Source: Candidatus Saccharimonadota bacterium
GTDB taxonomy: Bacteria > Pseudomonadota > Alphaproteobacteria > Rickettsiales > Anaplasmataceae
Direction: 5' to 3'
Assembly (NCBI RefSeq): GCF_013365495.1
Contig: NZ_CP046580.1
Coordinates: 240,001-272,000 of the forward strand
Length of the DNA stretch: 32,000 nt
Positions 8,065 through 18,709 of the stretch are shown here, one piece after another. Position numbers and translations under genes: made by a program. The number at the start of each line of letters is the position of its first letter. Position 1 is the stretch's first letter. Below the pieces are notes generated by a model. That model did not search any database and was not told where the DNA came from. It worked only from the letters and a program-made list of their open reading frames with translations.

Positions 8065-9312
8065 TTAATGAAAGTCCCATTTTACAGTGCTTAAATCTAC
8101 TCCTTCTTGTACCATTTCCCAAAGTGGACTCATCTCTCTTAATCGTCCAACATTTTTAGCAATAAGATCTGCCGCGTATAAAATTTCATTTTTAGTTGTA
8201 AATCTACCCAGGCCAAATCTAATTGATGAATGCTCAAGATCATGACCATTATTTAGTGATCTTATGACATAGGAAGGTTCAAGAGATGCAGATGTGCATG
8301 CAGAGCCAGAACTTACTGCTAAATTTTTAATTGCCATGATAAGAGATTCGCCTTCGACATAAGGAAAACTTAAATTTAAGTTACCAGGGATTCTGTTTTT
8401 ATAATCGCCATTTAAAACAACATCAGGAAATGCTTTTTTTATTTTGCTATATAGAATATCTCTTAGTTCTTTCAATTTAGTTGCTTCTGTTTCCATTTCT
8501 TCTTTAGCAATGCGTGCCGCTTCACCAAAACCAACTGAAAGAGGAGTTGGAACTGTTCCAGAACGCATACCTCTTTCCTGGCCTCCACCACTAATTAATG
8601 GTGTAAGCCTAACGCGAGGATTTTTTCTACGTACATATAATGCACCTATTCCCATAGGCCCATAAATTTTATGGCTGGAAAGACTCATAAGGTCAATATT
8701 CATTTCATTGACATTAATAGGCACTTTACCGAAGCTTTGAGCAGCGTCTGTGTGAAAAAATATACCATGTTTTCTGCATATTGAGCCGATTTTTTTTATA
8801 GGTTGCACCACTCCAATTTCATTATTAGCCATCATTACTGAAATTAAAATTGTTTTGTTAGTGATTGCTTCTTTAAGTTTTGGTAAGTCAATAATTCCAT
8901 TTTGCTTAACAGGTAAATATGTGACCTTGAAGCCTTCATTTTCCAAATGTCGACAAGAATCTAGAACACACTTATGCTCTGTACAAATAGTTATTATATG
9001 GTTTCCTTTATTTTTATAAAAGTGAGCAATACCTTTAATTGCCATATTGTTTGACTCAGTTGCACCTGAGGTAAAGATGACTTCTTTACTATCTGCATTT
9101 ATTAAATCTGCAATATGCTTTCTTGCTTTTTCCACTGCTTTTTCAGCAATCCAACCAAATGAATGGCTGCGAGAGTGTGCATTACTGAACTGATTGAAAT
9201 AAGGTATCATGACTTTTAAAACACGAGGATCTACTTTAGTAGTAGACTGATAATCGAGAAATATTGGTAATTTTACCTTAGTATTATATATTTTCTCATT
9301 TTTTATATTCAT
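8065..9312 (-). CDS. iscS: Cysteine desulfurase IscS (PLP-dependent, class V aminotransferase)
   Basis: The PLP-lysine motif [18 protein letters not shown] and the active-site Cys loop SSGSACTS are present. The C-terminal tail [20 protein letters not shown] is IscS-like. The protein is 415 aa. Confidence 0.93.
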   Translation of the reverse strand: MNIKNEKIYNTKVKLPIFLDYQSTTKVDPRVLKVMIPYFNQFSNAHSRSHSFGWIAEKAVEKARKHIADLINADSKEVIFTSGATESNNMAIKGIAHFYKNKGNHIITICTEHKCVLDSCRHLENEGFKVTYLPVKQNGIIDLPKLKEAITNKTILISVMMANNEIGVVQPIKKIGSICRKHGIFFHTDAAQSFGKVPINVNEMNIDLMSLSSHKIYGPMGIGALYVRRKNPRVRLTPLISGGGQERGMRSGTVPTPLSVGFGEAARIAKEEMETEATKLKELRDILYSKIKKAFPDVVLNGDYKNRIPGNLNLSFPYVEGESLIMAIKNLAVSSGSACTSASLEPSYVIRSLNNGHDLEHSSIRFGLGRFTTKNEILYAADLIAKNVGRLREMSPLWEMVQEGVDLSTVKWDFH

Positions 9313-9862
9313 AATTTAAATACATAAAGTTTGTTGGGAAGTTATATTATAATAATAACATTGTAATAATAACATTAAAACTTTGCTTTTTCAAGATATA
9401 ATTTTGATTTGAGGTATAAAATTTTACTATTACTATTTTTATAGATAGTATAATATTTTGCGATAAAGTTTTCTATTATAATTTAATGAAATGGACATTT
9501 GTTTATAGATTTTTTCTACTTATTTAAGTAGAAATATAAAAATTTAAAACAGCGAAAGTACTTTAGTTTATTGAGTTTTTATTAACTGTTTTTACTGTTT
9601 TACATTTTAGATTGTAGCTTATAACTTTGTAGTAGTTAAATTTATTTAAGTGGTTTTGTGTTTAGTATGTTAGTTTATTACATAAATTTTTTTATCAACT
9701 TTATGAAAATGGATTAATATAGACAGTTGTTAATTTACTGTATTGTTAAAGTAATAATGTTTATTTTGAGGATTTTTGCAGAGATGTTAATATAGTAATT
9801 GTTAAGAATTTATAGTTAAGCTTGTTTTACTACAATTAGCTTTTTTTAGAGTTTGATGGTAT

Positions 9863-12514
9863 TTGATAAGATCATATCTTTATTTTCAAAATAATATATT
9901 TAAAGTGAATAATTCTTTAGGATCAAAGGCAGTTTTAAACGTTAATGGGAAATTTTACAGCTATTTTAGTCTTAGTGCTGCTGGTAAATTTTTGGGAATA
10001 GATTTAAGTAAATTACCTTGTTCATTAAAGATTTTGCTTGAGAATTTATTGCGTAACGAAGATGGAGTGAATGTAAAACTTCATGATATAAAAATATTAG
10101 CTGGTTGTATTGAGAAATATGTGAATCATGAAATTAGTTACAAACCGGCTAGGGTATTGATGCAAGATTTTACTGGAGTTCCTGCTATTGTTGACTTAGC
10201 TTCAATGCGTAGTTATATAAAAAAGAATGGCGGGGATCCAAGCAAAGTAAATCCATCTGTGCCTGTTGATCTTATAATCGACCATTCTATTCAAGTAGAT
10301 AGTTATGGGAATATTTCTGCGTTTGATAAAAACGTTGAATTAGAGCTAAGAAGAAATTTGGAAAGATATCAATTTTTAAAATGGGGAGAATCATCTTTTA
10401 AAAATTTTAGAGTAGTGCCACCTGGTGTAGGAATTTGCCACCAAGTGAACATTGAATATTTGGCACAGGTTGTGTGTAATAAAGATGGGGTTGTTTATCC
10501 TGATACTGTGGTTGGCACGGATAGCCATACTACTATGGTTAATAGTTTATCTATTCTTGGTTGGGGTGTTGGAGGAATAGAAGCAGAATCTGTGATGCTT
10601 GATCGATCAGTGAGTATGGTGATTCCAGAGGTAGTTGGATTTAAATTGACTGGAAGGCTTTCAGAAGGGGTAACTACAACTGATCTAGTACTAACTATTA
10701 CAAATATTTTAAGAACAAAAGGTGTTGTTGGTAAGTTTGTAGAGTTTTATGGTAGTGGATTGGATTATTTATCTGTGGCAGATAGGGCAACCATAGCTAA
10801 TCTGGCTCCAGAATATGGTGCAACTTGTGGATTTTTTCCAGTTGATCAAAAAACACTAGACTATTTAAACTTGACTGGAAGGCCAAAAGAGTTGATTCAG
10901 TTAGTTGAAACTTATGCAAAGGCGCAAGGCTTGTTGCGAAGCAGTAATGAGTTAGCGTTTTTTGATATGTTGGAGCTTGATTTATCAAGTGTGGAGCCAG
11001 TAATGGCCGGTCCTAAAAGGCCACAAGATAAAATTCCTCTTTCACAAGTCTCAGAATCTTTTTTAAAGTTATTTTTAGTTAATAGGTTTAAAGAAAGTGA
11101 TAATCTTCAAGATGGAAGTGTGGTTATTGCTGCAATAACTAGCTGTGCTAATACTTCAAACCCAAGTGTGATGGTTGCTGCTGGCCTTATAGCGCGTAAT
11201 GCAGTTAAACTTGGAATAAAATCAAAGCCTTGGGTTAAAACTTCTCTTGCTCCAGGATCACAGGTTGTAATGGAATATTTGAAAAAATTAGGATTACAAG
11301 AAGATTTAAATGCTTTAGGTTTTAATTTAGTTGGGTATGGTTGTACAACTTGTATTGGAAATTCTGGCCCACTTGATAAAAATATAGAAAATGATATAAA
11401 AAGAAAAAATTTAACTGTTGTTGCAGTTTTATCTGGTAATCGTAATTTTGAAGGAAGAATTCACCCTTTAGTTAAAGCTAGTTATTTGGCATCTCCGCTA
11501 CTCGTTGTTATATATGCACTTGCAGGTACTATACTAATTGATTTAACAAAAGATCCTATATGTCAAAATAAGTATGGAAATAACATATATTTAAAAGATT
11601 TATGGCCAACAAACAGTGAAATTGAAAGTTGTGTTGAAAGTGTTATAACGCGTGAAATGTTCGTGCAAAAGTATGGTGGTATTTTTTCTGGCAATGAACA
11701 TTGGCAAAAAGTGGAATGTGAAAAAAGTGAAGTCTATAACTGGGATGAGAAAAGTACTTATATACAAAATCCTCCTTACTTTTTTGATTTATTGGCAAAG
11801 AATGATGAAACTAATGTAGTTAGTATAAAGGATGCGCGTATATTAGCGGTGTTTGGTGATGGTATAACCACTGACCATATTTCTCCTGCTGGTAGTATTG
11901 CTTTGAGTAGTCCTGCTGGCATATATTTGAGGGATCTTGGAATTGAACCGCAAAATTTTAATTCATATGGATCTCGTCGTGGTAATCATAATGTTATGAT
12001 ACGTGGAGCTTTTGCTAATGTTAGGATAAAAAATGAGATGGTGAATACTGAGGGTGGTTATACAAAACACATTCCTTCTCAAGAAACTATGCCAATTTTT
12101 GATGTAGCAATGCGTTATAAGAAAGAAGCTGTTCCATTAGTGATTATTGCAGGAAAAGAATATGGTATAGGTTCAAGTAGAGATTGGGCAGCTAAGGGTA
12201 CTGCATTATTGGGAATTAAAGCTGTAATTGCAGAAAGCTTTGAATGTATACATAGATCTAATTTAATCAGTATGGGTGTTCTGCCACTTCTGTTTCAGAA
12301 TGGAGTAACTAGAAGAGTATTTGATAGTAGTGGGATAATAAATATAAAAGGTGAAATAGTGCCAAATGGAGATTTAGAATGTATTTTTAAACAAAACAAT
12401 AGTTCAGAGCAATCAATTCGGCTTAAATGTTGTGTGCAAACTGCAACTGAAGTGAAGTATTTAATGAGTGGTGGAGTACTAAATTATATACTTGCACACT
12501 CTTTTTTGATTTAG
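9863..12514 (+). CDS. acnA: Aconitate hydratase A (AcnA/IRP-type)
   Basis: An 883-aa ORF with motifs MQDFTGVPA, DHSIQVD, VGTDSHTTM, ITSCANTSNP, GYGCTTCIGNSGPL, TTDHISPAG, GSSRDWAAKG and HRSNL. The start is uncertain. The ORF opens with TTG at 9863, a GTG at 9905 is also possible, and there is no early ATG. Confidence 0.95.
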   Translation: MIRSYLYFQNNIFKVNNSLGSKAVLNVNGKFYSYFSLSAAGKFLGIDLSKLPCSLKILLENLLRNEDGVNVKLHDIKILAGCIEKYVNHEISYKPARVLMQDFTGVPAIVDLASMRSYIKKNGGDPSKVNPSVPVDLIIDHSIQVDSYGNISAFDKNVELELRRNLERYQFLKWGESSFKNFRVVPPGVGICHQVNIEYLAQVVCNKDGVVYPDTVVGTDSHTTMVNSLSILGWGVGGIEAESVMLDRSVSMVIPEVVGFKLTGRLSEGVTTTDLVLTITNILRTKGVVGKFVEFYGSGLDYLSVADRATIANLAPEYGATCGFFPVDQKTLDYLNLTGRPKELIQLVETYAKAQGLLRSSNELAFFDMLELDLSSVEPVMAGPKRPQDKIPLSQVSESFLKLFLVNRFKESDNLQDGSVVIAAITSCANTSNPSVMVAAGLIARNAVKLGIKSKPWVKTSLAPGSQVVMEYLKKLGLQEDLNALGFNLVGYGCTTCIGNSGPLDKNIENDIKRKNLTVVAVLSGNRNFEGRIHPLVKASYLASPLLVVIYALAGTILIDLTKDPICQNKYGNNIYLKDLWPTNSEIESCVESVITREMFVQKYGGIFSGNEHWQKVECEKSEVYNWDEKSTYIQNPPYFFDLLAKNDETNVVSIKDARILAVFGDGITTDHISPAGSIALSSPAGIYLRDLGIEPQNFNSYGSRRGNHNVMIRGAFANVRIKNEMVNTEGGYTKHIPSQETMPIFDVAMRYKKEAVPLVIIAGKEYGIGSSRDWAAKGTALLGIKAVIAESFECIHRSNLISMGVLPLLFQNGVTRRVFDSSGIINIKGEIVPNGDLECIFKQNNSSEQSIRLKCCVQTATEVKYLMSGGVLNYILAHSFLI

Positions 12515-14432
12515 TGAAATTTGAAGTAAGTACCAGATTTTTTTTATTTAGTTCTAGCTTGTTATATTGCAGATTGGTTATATATAGGTTGTGATATAGT
12601 TTTGTTTATATAAAAGGTTTTATAGTGGTTGTTATAGTTTTATGTAAGAATTTTAGTAAGCACGAGAATGTTTATAGGAATTTACCTTATGAATAGAAAT
12701 TATATGTATTCTTTTGATCATTGAAGTAAAACTTGTGCTGATTTGAGACATATAATTTGCAATATTATAAAATAAGTTATTTTAAATTAAAAAGTTAATA
12801 AATTAGATAGTTACTATAAAATTTTTACTTATTACCTTGAAATTGATGATAGGTTTTAGTTGTACTACAGAATAGGTAATGAGCTTTGCAAAAGAGGATG
12901 ATAAAATAATAAATAGTAGTTATTTGTTGCTTATGAGGCTTTCAAAATGTTGCTAATGATTATTATAAATTAGCTTATTTTAGGATAAATAATATTTAAA
13001 ATAAGATGTTTATATTTTAAGATAATATCATTCTAGTATAGCTTTTACTATTCAATTAAACTGCTTGGTAATGAGTTTAATACTTGTTGATAGAGCATTA
13101 GTTAACTACCTTATACTAATTGGTAATTGTGGTTGTTGGTAGTTTAGTTTTCTAGAAGGTAATTTTTTTAGATATTGTGCTTTTTTGGTATTTATAGCAG
13201 TAGTAGTATTGTTTTTTTTACTAGAACTATTTATTTATAGATGACAATACAGCAAAAAATAGATAAAGGTTGTATGTGATGAGCTTATAGAGAGTTAAAA
13301 AATGGGTTGATATAGTTTAATATTATAATTATTGGCTTGGCCAATATTGGTTCTATTTATTGAAATAGTGTTTATTGGTATTGTGACTAATATATACAAA
13401 AAGGTATTAAGAAATAAAGAATTAAATCTTGGATTGGGTGTTGAGTGTATTTCAGATTGATTTCTTATAGTGATTATTTTTTTATTTTTATGTGTTTATT
13501 AGGTATGAAAATTTCTTAATTAAAATAAGAAATGTTTGATTCAGTTTTCTGTTTATAATTATTTTGATAAATTTTTATTAAGGAGTTATAAGTAATATGG
13601 TATTAATAAAATAGGCTTATTTTTTAAACAATTTTCTTCGAAAAAGTTTATAGCCATTCATTAATAATAGTATTTAGTGATTAATGCTATATTCTTAAAA
13701 CTATGTTACTTTTAACTTGAATGATAATTTTAAGTTTATTCAAGGCTTGATTTTTACTTAAATTAACATAATAAGATATAAATTAATTTTAAAGTTGTAA
13801 TTTAAAGATCAACAAAATTATAAAGAAGGTCTATACTGTAATTACAATATTATTATTGATATTAATAATATACTTTAAATATTAAAAATAATAATGTAAT
13901 TATGTATTTCATTGTTAATGAAGTCATTTTTTTTTGATTACATACATGTTTTTTATTAATAGAATTATAATTTTTTGTGTGAGTAGGAGTTATTACTTTA
14001 AATTGAGTTATAGGAGTAATATGCTGTCATTAAATAGTATTTTTGTCGCTAAAAATTAGAATGATATATAGCTTATGTTAAACGTTGTAGTAAGTATTTT
14101 TATTTTTATGAAATGTTAATATTGCTTATTGTTATGGCTGTAGTTTGAATTAAACATCAATGTTTGTCAGCCTTGTCAGTTAAATAAAATATAGAAATTT
14201 TTTATTATAAATTATGTATTAGTGCATCATTGAATCGGATGAGTGTAATATTTTCATACTATAGGGTATGTAAAATATTAGTTATAATATTTTACTCTTG
14301 TTTTTTTGTTCTGTATTGTTTGTACATGAAATATGAAAAAACTTGACTTGGATTAGTAATTATTTAATACTGAGAATAGTATTTTTTAATTCAAGCTTAT
14401 AAATTATAGCTAATGATACAGGGTTTATTTAT

Positions 14433-16001
14433 ATGATTGTTAATCGTAAAAGTAGTGTAAAACAGAAGAATGATGGAGGTGAATTAGTTGGGAGTATTGA
14501 TATAGTAAAAACAGCAGCGGAGCTTTCGCTTCAGAAAGGTTTAGATTTTGAAGTGATTATAAAAGCATTAGAAAGTGCAATAGAAGCAGTTGCTTATCAA
14601 AAATATGGTAATAAGAGTAAGATTGTAGTTCATATAGATAGAAATACAGGAAAAGTTATTTCATACAGGGAGTTAAAAGTTATTGATAATGGGTTAAATG
14701 AAGAAGGAAATAGCAGTGGGTGTGTAGGATCGATTACTCTTACAGAGGCTAAGCTAATGAAGGAAGATGCTAAAGTTGGAGATACTATTAATCAGTTGCT
14801 TTCTCTTAATACTGATCTTGCTTCAGCAAGAATTGCTCAGCAAAGAATTGCTCAAGTAATTAAGTACGAAGAATTGAAAAAACAATATGGAGAATTTAAA
14901 GATAAAGTGGGAGAAATAAGGTATGGTGTTGTTAAGCAAGTGGAATATTCAGATTTAATTATAGATATAAATGGTACTAAGGCATATCTTCCATTGCGGA
15001 ATTTAATCGGTGGTGAATCTTTTCGTGAAGGTGAGAAAGTTAAAGCATATATACAAACTGTCAAGCGTTCTGACGATGGACGTCAAGTTATTCTTTCTAG
15101 GGCACATGAAGGTTTTTTAGAGGCATTATTAAATCAAGAAATACCAGAAATTGCTGATGGGTTGGTGATAATTAAAGGTATAGCTAGGGATGCTGGTTCA
15201 AGATCTAAAGTTGCTGTTTTTTCTCCTGATAAAAATATTGATCCAGTAGGTGCTTGTGTTGGAATTAAAGGGGAAAGGATAAAAACTATAATACATGAAT
15301 TGAATGGAGAAAAAATTGATGTTATACATTACTCTTCAAATTTGGGTCAGTTCGTTATTAAAGCTATTACTCCTGCAGAAGTATCGAAGGTTATTATTGA
15401 TGAGAATGAAAATTGTGTAGAATTAATAGTTCCGGAGGATCAGTTGAGCTTAGCTATAGGGAAAAAAGGTCAAAATGTGAGATTAGCTTCAGAACTTATT
15501 GGATGGAAGATTGAGATACTCAGTACTCAGCAAGAGTCAGAAAGACGAAGTAAAGAGCTTAGTCAATGTTCAGCTTTGTTTGCTGAAGCTTTGAATTTAG
15601 AAGAGATTATGGGTCAACTATTAGTTACAGAAGGTTTTTCGAGCGTAGAAGATATATCTGATGCTTCAGTTAAAGAGCTTGCTTCAATCGAAGGTTTTAA
15701 CGAGGATATTGCAAATGAACTACGTAGCAGAGCAAATAGGTATTTAAGAATAAAGAATGATGAAAAAATAGAAGAGTTAAGAATTTTAGGTATGGAAGAT
15801 GATGTAATCAACTTGCCTTTATCAATAGATAATAAAATTGCTCTTAGTAAACATGGTATTAAGACTTTAGAGGGTATAGCAGATTTATCGAGTTATGAAT
15901 TTTGTAGTATACTTTCTGATTCAGCGAGTAGTAAGGATGATTTAAAAAATACAGCGGATTTAATAATTATGGAAGCACGTAAGAAGCTGGGTGTAATATA
16001 A
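14433..16001 (+). CDS. nusA: Transcription termination/antitermination factor NusA
   Basis: The ORF contains the S1 domain (GEIRYGVVKQVEYSDLIIDINGTKAYLP) and KH domains (GACVGIKGERIKTI, LAIGKKGQNVRLASEL). C-terminal helix-hairpin-helix acidic repeats are also present. The protein is 522 aa. Confidence 0.95.
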   Translation: MIVNRKSSVKQKNDGGELVGSIDIVKTAAELSLQKGLDFEVIIKALESAIEAVAYQKYGNKSKIVVHIDRNTGKVISYRELKVIDNGLNEEGNSSGCVGSITLTEAKLMKEDAKVGDTINQLLSLNTDLASARIAQQRIAQVIKYEELKKQYGEFKDKVGEIRYGVVKQVEYSDLIIDINGTKAYLPLRNLIGGESFREGEKVKAYIQTVKRSDDGRQVILSRAHEGFLEALLNQEIPEIADGLVIIKGIARDAGSRSKVAVFSPDKNIDPVGACVGIKGERIKTIIHELNGEKIDVIHYSSNLGQFVIKAITPAEVSKVIIDENENCVELIVPEDQLSLAIGKKGQNVRLASELIGWKIEILSTQQESERRSKELSQCSALFAEALNLEEIMGQLLVTEGFSSVEDISDASVKELASIEGFNEDIANELRSRANRYLRIKNDEKIEELRILGMEDDVINLPLSIDNKIALSKHGIKTLEGIADLSSYEFCSILSDSASSKDDLKNTADLIIMEARKKLGVI

Positions 16002-16004
16002 CAA

Positions 16005-18350
16005 ATGAATATGAATAACGAAAAAGATATTAGTGGCAAGAAATTAACACTTCAAGGTTTTAATAAACTTAAATTTGGTTTTGACTTGAGTTATCCAGTA
16101 ATTTCAAATGTAGGTGCTACAGTGATAAAAAAAAGAAAGAGAAAAGAAATTCGTGAGTTGGAGGAACAATACGGAAGTAAATTAAGTTCCTTGACAAAAA
16201 AAGAGCAAATTTCTCGTATTAATGCTGTACAAAATGCTGCTTTATTGAAGGAAAAAATAAGTTTAGAGAAAAGAGAGAAGGAAGTAGTAGCAGAGGAAAG
16301 TAATAAGAAAATTTCTGTTAAAAAAAGCATTTTAAATACTTCATTAAAAGAAACTAAAGAGAGAGAATTAAATAGTATTAACTCAATTAAGTTGATTGGA
16401 GAGAGAGTTGATGACGAGGATTTTAGTAAAAAATCTTTAAAATCTAGTAAAGATGTATATTCTAAGTATTCTAAGTATTCTAAGTTAATGATTGCACAGT
16501 CAATAGATGATAAAGTTGAACAAGCTTTAATTTTAAGGCAAAGGTTTGGTATAAGAAATAAAAAGTCAAAATTGATCAAAGGTAAGAATATATCGAGGGA
16601 AGTTATTGTACCAGATAAGATTACGATTAGGGAGTTGTCTATTCGTATGGCAGAAGACAATAGAAATGTACTAAAAATATTAAAAGAAGAATTAGGTGAA
16701 GGTTATGAAGTGGATGATTTGGTGGATCCGGATATAGCATGTAAAGTAGTCGAAAGATTCAATCATATAGTTAAACGAATAAGTAATGCTAGTAAGGAAA
16801 GGGATTTATTTTTTATAGAAAATAAGAAGGTCTTACCTAAAAAATTAAAGCCTCCGATTGTGACGTTTATGGGACATGTTGATCATGGTAAAACTTCATT
16901 GCTTGACGCGTTTCGTAAATCTAATCTTGTAGAGGAAGAATCAGGTGGAATAACTCAACATATAGGTGCTTATCAGATAGTGACAAAAGATAAACATAAA
17001 ATTACTTTTATTGATACGCCAGGACATGAAGCATTTGCTACTATGCGTGCACATGGTGCTAGTATTACTGATATAGTTGTAATAGTAATTGCAGTTGATG
17101 ATGGAGTAATGAAGCAAACGATTGAGGCTATAAGTCATGCAAAAGAGGCAAATGTTTCTATTGTGGTTGCTATTAATAAAATTGATAAATCGAAGCCTAG
17201 GGATATAGAAAAGATAATTAGTAGTTTGCCTCAATATGGTTTAATTCCTGAGGAACTTGGTGGAGATATTATAGTTGTGCCAGTGTCAGCAAAGAAGAAA
17301 ATTAACTTAGATAAGTTAGAGGAGGCAATTTTGTTAATTGCTGATTTGATGAGACTTGAGGCAATAGAAGATTGTCGAGCTCTTGGTTGGGTGGTGGAAT
17401 CTAGAATGGATAAAATTAAAGGAATATCGGCTACATTAATAGTTGAAGAGGGAACTTTAAGAATTGGTGATATGTTAGTGTTAGGTACAACATATGGTAA
17501 GGTACGTAGTATAGTTAATCATCTTGGTCAAAAAGAGAAAGTAGCTTTACCTTCTACTCCGGTTGAGATTACTGGTCTCGATGGGATACCAAATGCTGGA
17601 GATAAATTTATTGTTGTAAATTCGGAGAAGAAGGCCCGTGAGATTATTGAGTATAGGTTGGAGTTAATCAGGGAAAAGGAAAGGAATTTGAGTAAAAATA
17701 ATCTAGATATATTTAGTTATAGTGATAATAAGAGGGAAGAGATATCTGTGCTTTTAAAGTGTGATGTTACTGGTTCTATTGAAGCAATATCAAATTCAAT
17801 TGCTAAACTCGGTACAAATCAAGTAAAATTGAATATTCTGTATAAAGCAGTGGGAGGAATAACAGATTCAGATGTGTTACTTGCGCAAGCATCGAATGCA
17901 GTAATTTTAGCATTTAATGTTAAAGCAGATTCAAAAATAAGGGATTTAGCAAAGCAAAAGGGTGTAGAAATACTCATTCATAATATAATATATGGGCTTA
18001 TTGATAATATGAAAATTTATTTGACTAAAATGTTAAAGCCTATAATACGAGAAGTTCATATCGGTTCTGCATCTGTGATGCAGATATTTAATACTTCTAA
18101 AGCTGGTAATATTGCTGGATGTTATATAAGTGATGGAGTAACAAAGAAAGATTCTTTAATCAAGGTAATACGTAATAATAAATTGATATGCAAGGGAAAA
18201 TTAAAAGCTTTGCGTAGATTTAAAGATGATGTTAAAGAAGTAGGTACAGGCTTTGAATGTGGAATATCTTTTGATAATAATGTTGATGTTAAAGTTGGAG
18301 ATGTTTTAGAAGTTTATCAATTAATACATGAAGAAAGGATATTATTGTAG
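16005..18350 (+). CDS. infB: Translation initiation factor IF-2
   Basis: The G domain reads [20 protein letters not shown] and NKIDK. A K/E-rich N-terminal region and a C-terminal beta-barrel domain are present. The gene starts 3 nt after the nusA stop. Confidence 0.95.
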   Translation: MNMNNEKDISGKKLTLQGFNKLKFGFDLSYPVISNVGATVIKKRKRKEIRELEEQYGSKLSSLTKKEQISRINAVQNAALLKEKISLEKREKEVVAEESNKKISVKKSILNTSLKETKERELNSINSIKLIGERVDDEDFSKKSLKSSKDVYSKYSKYSKLMIAQSIDDKVEQALILRQRFGIRNKKSKLIKGKNISREVIVPDKITIRELSIRMAEDNRNVLKILKEELGEGYEVDDLVDPDIACKVVERFNHIVKRISNASKERDLFFIENKKVLPKKLKPPIVTFMGHVDHGKTSLLDAFRKSNLVEEESGGITQHIGAYQIVTKDKHKITFIDTPGHEAFATMRAHGASITDIVVIVIAVDDGVMKQTIEAISHAKEANVSIVVAINKIDKSKPRDIEKIISSLPQYGLIPEELGGDIIVVPVSAKKKINLDKLEEAILLIADLMRLEAIEDCRALGWVVESRMDKIKGISATLIVEEGTLRIGDMLVLGTTYGKVRSIVNHLGQKEKVALPSTPVEITGLDGIPNAGDKFIVVNSEKKAREIIEYRLELIREKERNLSKNNLDIFSYSDNKREEISVLLKCDVTGSIEAISNSIAKLGTNQVKLNILYKAVGGITDSDVLLAQASNAVILAFNVKADSKIRDLAKQKGVEILIHNIIYGLIDNMKIYLTKMLKPIIREVHIGSASVMQIFNTSKAGNIAGCYISDGVTKKDSLIKVIRNNKLICKGKLKALRRFKDDVKEVGTGFECGISFDNNVDVKVGDVLEVYQLIHEERILL
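16458..16484. repeat. Perfect 9-bp tandem repeat x3 (tattctaag), in frame in infB, encoding YSK-YSK-YSK
   Basis: Read directly: copies at 16458-16466, 16467-16475 and 16476-16484, aligned to the infB codon frame. Confidence 0.95.
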
Positions 18351-18706
18351 TGATGAGGTTAAGAAAAGAAATTAGAAGCTTGAAAATAGCGTCTGTATTG
18401 CATAGGGCAATATCTAGGGTCTTAATGGAAGGCAAGATATACGGTAGTAGAAATGTGACAGTGTCTGATGTAAAGTTAAGTAAAGATTTAAAAAAAGCTG
18501 ATGTATATCTTGTATCACCTTCGTTAAATGAAAAAGATTGTAATATTGATACTATTATCAATGAGATCAACCAATCTGCATGGTTGATACATAGATCTAT
18601 ATTGTGTTATGTTAATTTACGATTTGTACCTAAGTTAGTTTTTAAGTCTGATTTAGCATTTAATAACTTTATTAATATAAGCAAAATATTAAGTCATCAT
18701 ACTTAA
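18350..18706 (+). CDS. rbfA: Ribosome-binding factor A
   Basis: KIASVLHRAISRVL, VTVSDVKLSKDLKKADVYL and LRFVPKLVFKSD align with the RbfA family as I recall it. The start is either GTG at 18350, overlapping the infB TAG by 1 nt (TAGTGATG), or ATG at 18353. Confidence 0.85.
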   Translation: MMRLRKEIRSLKIASVLHRAISRVLMEGKIYGSRNVTVSDVKLSKDLKKADVYLVSPSLNEKDCNIDTIINEINQSAWLIHRSILCYVNLRFVPKLVFKSDLAFNNFINISKILSHHT

Positions 18707-18709
18707 TCG

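Noticed and set aside
14343-14371. A nusA promoter candidate (TTGACT with TAATAC or AATACT as -10).
   Set aside because: The -35 is good, but the -10 options match the consensus at only 3-4 of 6 positions, and equally good matches abound in AT-rich sequence. It is mentioned under the spacer finding but not called as a feature.
16091-16660. A 189-aa minus-strand ORF, plus 16941..17234 and 18289..18570 (minus strand).
   Set aside because: All lie entirely antisense within infB, or within infB/rbfA. They are low-complexity Ser/Leu/Phe/Ile-rich products of the complement of AAG/GAA-rich codons. No start context or family resemblance. These are shadow ORFs.
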